Positions 59,601-64,000 of a stretch of DNA of 64,000 nt are shown here, piece by piece. This DNA is from Macrostomum lignano (taxonomy: Eukaryota). Every line of letters starts with the position of its first letter. Positions within the stretch are counted from its first letter, which is position 1. The notes beneath the pieces are model-generated. The model was not told the origin of the DNA and did not search any database. It saw only the letters and a list, made by a program, of their open reading frames with translations. The translations under genes were made by a program, and so were the position numbers. The stretch is taken from positions 1-64,000 of the forward strand of contig NIVC01001991.1 of NCBI GenBank assembly GCA_002269645.1, written 5' to 3'.

Positions 59601-62600
59601 AGCCACTGACGTCAATGATGACTCTGAAAACTCAGATGACTCTGACAACCCTGATGAAAATCAGAATCCCAAGTCTAAAAAACGACGGCAAAATGAGGAC
59701 GCCGATGAGTGTGGGTCAGTTGTGAGCCTAGCAAAAAGTTGTAATTTTAATTTTGCCGACTGTGAAAACATCCCGAGACCCACGAGACAGCTCGTCTGCT
59801 GTTTTTTCACCAGCCTGACGTTTCCATGCCATCCGTGCTTGAACGCATGCGAGACACATTTACGATGCGAATTGCTCGCTGTCAAAACCTAACCGTCGCA
59901 GAGGAAATTGAGCTGTATCAGCCATTAGTTCTTGCACCTGTCATTGAGCAAGAAGCATGGCTAATGATCGAGGCTTATAATGCCAACGAGAAAAACGATT
60001 ATTATCTCCCAGATGGTCCTACTGACATCGGCAAAAACATTCGTGTAGCGCTAATTCGCATCTGGGACAAGCGCGATAGTTTTCGACGACATCGGCTGTG
60101 CACACCAATTATTTTGAAAGCCGACAATGGAGACGTTAGCGCGGAGGAGAAGCTCACCGGGGCAGTCTGCATCCTCCTTGGCCGCCTAAAAGTAGATCCC
60201 ACCGAAATATTTTCTCCGGATCTGCCTGTGCACGTGATCAAAGCGGAGGAAACCTGGTGGGGCGTGTCAGTCAACGGCGCAAGTCTTCAATTTAATTCGG
60301 TGACAGATTCCATTATCGTTTTTATCTGCTGCTTTATTGCTTTTAATTTGCAGCATCTGCCTAAGCTGGAAGCTTTTCTTGAAGCTATTGAAGTCCTCGC
60401 GCGCCTACACAAGCAATGTGCAGTGTCTAGAAAGCCAGCTGCCTCGCTAGTTGATAGTTTTCGTTAGTTGACTGTTCATGTGACTCCGATGCAGATCCTC
60501 ATTTGCCTGGCCTCGTCTCTTGACCACACTAAACCTGCAGATGCTCAGTTGCTGGGCCAGCACCCCCTCCCATATTATTTCAGGTACACCTTATAACGAA
60601 TATAGTGCAGGACTCCACCCAACTGGGGTCTATCCCATGGCTTACGCCTGCGTCTATCCCTTATTCTATTTCTAGCTAAATGTCCAGCCAGTCACTCTAC
60701 AGATTAACTGGGCCTGCATGCCTCCCTTCTCCCTTCTTGCAGATGCGACCTGCTCTCAAAGCGTGCTGTTTTCTCTTTCCCTTCTGTTTCATTGCCCTAC
60801 TCTTATATTATAAATTCTTGTGCGATGTTTAACATAGGTCAACATAAAGTAAGTTCGTTTTTTATGTTATGTTCTTAATACTGCTATTTTTCAGAAGAGG
60901 GGACATTTGTAATAGTTATTGTAAGACGCATTTTTTATTTTTTACTTCGAGTTTTACATTTTTTTGCAATGTAAGTCGGTTGTGTACATTACAATATTGT
61001 GTTAAATATTGCCCCAGGTATACATAATGCCACGAGTAAGTATTTTCTGCCAATATGGATTATTAAACCGGGTATTGTAAAACCTGGAATTTCAGTTTAA
61101 AAATTGCGCAGACACCCCATAGTTGTCTCAAAATTTGTGTATTTTCAAATTCGTTTTTTCAACCCTTGTTGTGCTTCATTGACTTATTATTTTTCAATGT
61201 TTGCTCTTTTGCGTTTAAGAAACTAGCAATTTCCTCTTTATTTCTTTCCAGTTTGATCGAAATGTACCATTAGTCATGCGTTGCTCATCAATGAAAAAAA
61301 ATTGCTGTTCAACCCTTTTGCTTTATTTACTACCAAGTTTGCCATGTAATTTCCTTTTTCCATTATTCATGTATTACATAATCGGCTTTGTCATTAATAT
61401 TTGATTCAGTAAAGCTCCAATCTAAACATGCATGGTAATAATGCTTGATAAAAAATACATTTTTATTTTTATCCATCTTTATGGAAACTATCGTTCTATG
61501 CAATGCACATCAGTTTAATGAACATCTTATAGCTTCACTGGAATCAGGATCTTGCATGGTTTTTTTTAAACGGGTATTTTCCACTGAGGCATGTCAGCTA
61601 TATAGGGCCACGCTCAGGCAGAAAAATGCGACATCCGTGCCTATTGTGGACCTATACTTTCGGACCTTCCGTACATTTGGACCTTCACGGTCCCTATATA
61701 TGTACGGTGCGGACCTTCTCATACGGACCTTTAGCGGACCTTTATATGGTCCTCTACTTTCGGACCTTATGTGCATTCGGACCTGAAGGTCCCTATATGT
61801 GTACGGTGCGGACCTCCTCATTCGGACCCTCAGTGGACCTTTTTTCGGACCTTTATGCATAACAGTGTGACAGCCAATGAATGCCAGAAATCTGTTTGAC
61901 AGGTTTGGGTAAACTTTAGCCTTGAACTCCAAAACTGATTACAATTGTACTGAATGCAGCAAAAGTACATCCTCAGGACTGACCTCCAGTTTGTCATCAC
62001 AAATCCACAAGAAATCGGTAGATTGATAAGCTATTTCATAATCCCCACTAGACTGCAGTCCTCATATTACTTACCAATTGGAGCCATAGAATATACACAG
62101 AATGCTCAATCAACCATTTTCCACAAAGCCAAATTAAAATTCATGCGCACTACTTTTGTTGTGAAGGCTATGGCCAGTAGTATCAACTAGCAAAGAATAA
62201 TTTATAGCAAAAAGTAGCAAAAGCAGTTAATAACAGATCTTATTAAGGATCAAATGTAAAAACCACTTCAAATGGCAGTTAAACAACACTAATTTGCATC
62301 AGCTTCTCTTCAGTTCTTTTCATTCCTTTCATGTGCCCTCACTTTCTCTGCTGAGCTCCCTCTGACTATTACACCAGTGATGTAAGCGAATTCTGGCAAA
62401 CAACTTGGCCATCACCCTTGCACGGCATTCACTGTGATCCAAGCTGTATGTGTGAATATTAGCAAGAACAATAGGAAAGAACTTTTCTTGCAGCCATTGA
62501 CCCATACCCTTCAGAACAAACAGCTCTTTATCTGTTGTTCTCTTTGCACTCTATCTGACAGACTAGACATATGATTGATTGCCTTTTTGGGGATGACCAG

Positions 62601-63706
62601 GTTTCTAGTTCTATCCTGTCCATTTAAGAGTTGCAGAAAGTATGTTGCTTTTGAACCATCAACTTTCAATGCCAACTGGAATTCCTTGCATTGGCACTTG
62701 GATTTGAAGAGCTTGAAAAGTAGCCAGCCCCTTATATAAGCACACTTCTTGCTTTCAATGATACCTTAATAATCATTAAATATATCTCAATGATAAAAAG
62801 AATATTTCATCACTACATCTTTTTATTCTATAGCAATTTTATTATTTGATTAGTAAATTATTTTATTAGATGTTATTCTATTAGTGCAGAATTTAAAGTA
62901 TAATTTAGGAACTAAAACTAAGAAACCATACTATCATCCCTAGGGCTAATCTATCAATTGCACTTTGCATATAAATAACATAGCTACTAGCCAAGTTGTG
63001 AGTACATTTACAAACTGTATATATATGCAAGGCAGTCAATGAATAATTTTTTTAAAAGCTATGGTTACCAAAGTAATAAATTTGAAATTATAAATAAAAG
63101 CAGCCTATCTTTTTGCCAAACTGGTCCCCTTCTTTTGCCAAAATGTATATGTATACAAGATAAAAATTCACTTTTACTGAAGTATCCTTTGTCAAAATGG
63201 GCTGTACCTTTTACTTTTATTTTGTTGGCTATATAAATATAAAAATGCTCTATTGCTACTTTTATTTCTAGGAACAAATAAGTAGTTAGTCAAATTATTT
63301 TATTATTTTTATTTTAATTTGATTATTATTTTATTTTTAGAAAAGATTTGATTTATTTTCCATTTGATTTATTTGATTATTATTTTAAATAAAATAAAAT
63401 GAATCAAATTGAAAGGCAAAGAAATATAGGCCCTAAATAAATAAAACAATTATACTTTATAGTTTCAAATTTTGAAACTTACCTTGAATCCATGATCATT
63501 CATATTTAGGATCAAATTTTGTCCCATGACAGCAAGTCCAATCAGGCCAATGTCGCAACTAAAAAAGTGATTTTAGATTTGAAATTCTTTACTTGTATTT
63601 AATATTCTCAATAACTTTGGAACATTTAGGCAAAGTCAAAATTAAATAAAAAGTAACCATTTTTTCATAAATTAAAAAGTTAAACTACCTACCTTTCCAA
63701 TGCCAT
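47659..63706 (-). CDS. PGD: 6-phosphogluconate dehydrogenase, 485 aa; exons 63693-63706, 63483-63558, 51133-51312, 50015-50080, 49706-49927, 48585-48819, 47659-48323
   Basis: The spliced translation MALES|[25 protein letters not shown]|VGVFNRT...|[16 protein letters not shown]...|...[19 protein letters not shown]...GAGHFVKM|[11 protein letters not shown]...KGTG|KWT...[14 protein letters not shown] totals 1458 nt in frame. All introns are GT-AG. Confidence 0.95.
48385..48565. repeat. Intronic minisatellite, 21-bp unit CGCCTCAGCAATTAGAAAAAT
   Basis: Fills most of PGD intron 48324-48584. Confidence 0.9.
48870..49615. repeat. Two adjacent intronic minisatellites: 33-bp CAGCACTATCTGAGCACCCAAGTCACACTGAAC and 23-bp CAGACCCAGCACTCAGACAAACA
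   Basis: PGD intron 48820-49705. Confidence 0.95.
50200..51115. repeat. Intronic minisatellite, 40-bp unit GCTCAGATAGACAAGGGGTAGATGTAGCCTGTAAAGACCC
   Basis: PGD intron 50081-51132, about 22 copies. Confidence 0.95.
53800..54330. repeat. 17-18-bp minisatellite (rc GGGGGATGCTTGCTATCT) inside the Helitron
   Basis: Directly visible. Confidence 0.95.
54330..56125. repeat. 23-bp minisatellite ACATGGTGGCTCTTTAATGTTCG inside the Helitron, ~75 degenerate copies
   Basis: Directly visible. Confidence 0.95.
58710..58800. repeat. (CAATA)n microsatellite
   Basis: Directly visible. Confidence 0.85.
58849..60467 (+). CDS. CACTA second gene: N-terminal CIDE-N-like domain plus SAMD3-like accessory region; probable exons 58849-59721 and 59814-60467, start exon upstream
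   Basis: Acceptor tttatttcag|CTT at 58848/58849 is in frame with ORF 58912. The candidate 92-nt phase-0 intron GTGAGC...ttttttcaccag joins the two ORFs. The segments [35 protein letters not shown] and [12 protein letters not shown] resemble EnSpm-associated SAMD3-like proteins (from memory). Confidence 0.65.
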
Positions 63707-64000
63707 TGTGTCAAACAAAAACTGTTTTTTACAATAATAAACACGATAACTGATATTTAATGAAGACGATTTAAAGCCAAAGAGCTTGGCAATAGGTGCT
63801 TTACACTTTTTAACTTCTAGCAAGTGCTTCTGAAACAATGAGTCTGATATAATTATTTGCACATCTCATTTAAGAATTAAAATTTGACGGCAAATCTATG
63901 TCGACAGAAAGACTTGAGTCTTTTTAAAAAAGTTGATTAAAAAAATATTAGTTTTTAAATTAAGTAGTTCAATTTTTTTAGCATTTAAGTACCATTAAAT

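Larger units (their letters stand above)
51494..61867 (+). mobile_element. Full-length CACTA/EnSpm (CMC) DNA transposon, 10,374 bp including the nested Helitron
   Basis: Perfect 12-bp TIR: CACTGTTATGCA at 51494 and TGCATAACAGTG ending at 61867. 2-bp TG duplication at 51492-93 and 61868-69. Clusters of GGACC/GGTCC subterminal repeats at both ends; transposase plus a second gene inside. Confidence 0.9.

Overview
Eukaryotic (animal) genomic DNA with spliced genes. GC- and CpG-rich exons, minisatellite-filled introns and a USP gene suggest a flatworm such as Macrostomum; this is an inference. Reconstructed host genes: PDCL3-like (partial, +), a 3x C2H2 zinc-finger exon (+), CSE1L/exportin-2 (+, 6 exons, one 1-nt frameshift), ACL4-like TPR protein (-), universal stress protein (+), PTRH2 (-), DESI2-like peptidase (-) and PGD (-, 7 exons, 485 aa). 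An orphan two-TM ORF is nested antisense in CSE1L intron 3. The 12.2-kb PGD intron 2 holds a complete 10.4-kb CACTA/EnSpm transposon (CACTGTTATGCA TIRs, 2-bp TG TSD). Its transposase is interrupted by a precisely inserted 3.07-kb non-autonomous Helitron, and its second gene begins with a CIDE-N-like domain. Almost every longer intron carries its own minisatellite. Several repeat units contain splice-signal cassettes or share cores with one another or with the transposons. There are sharply bounded CpG-depleted blocks (about 31.4-37.3 kb, 52-58.8 kb and 62-63.7 kb) and several MITEs. All coordinates and alignments were derived by eye; no database searches were run.
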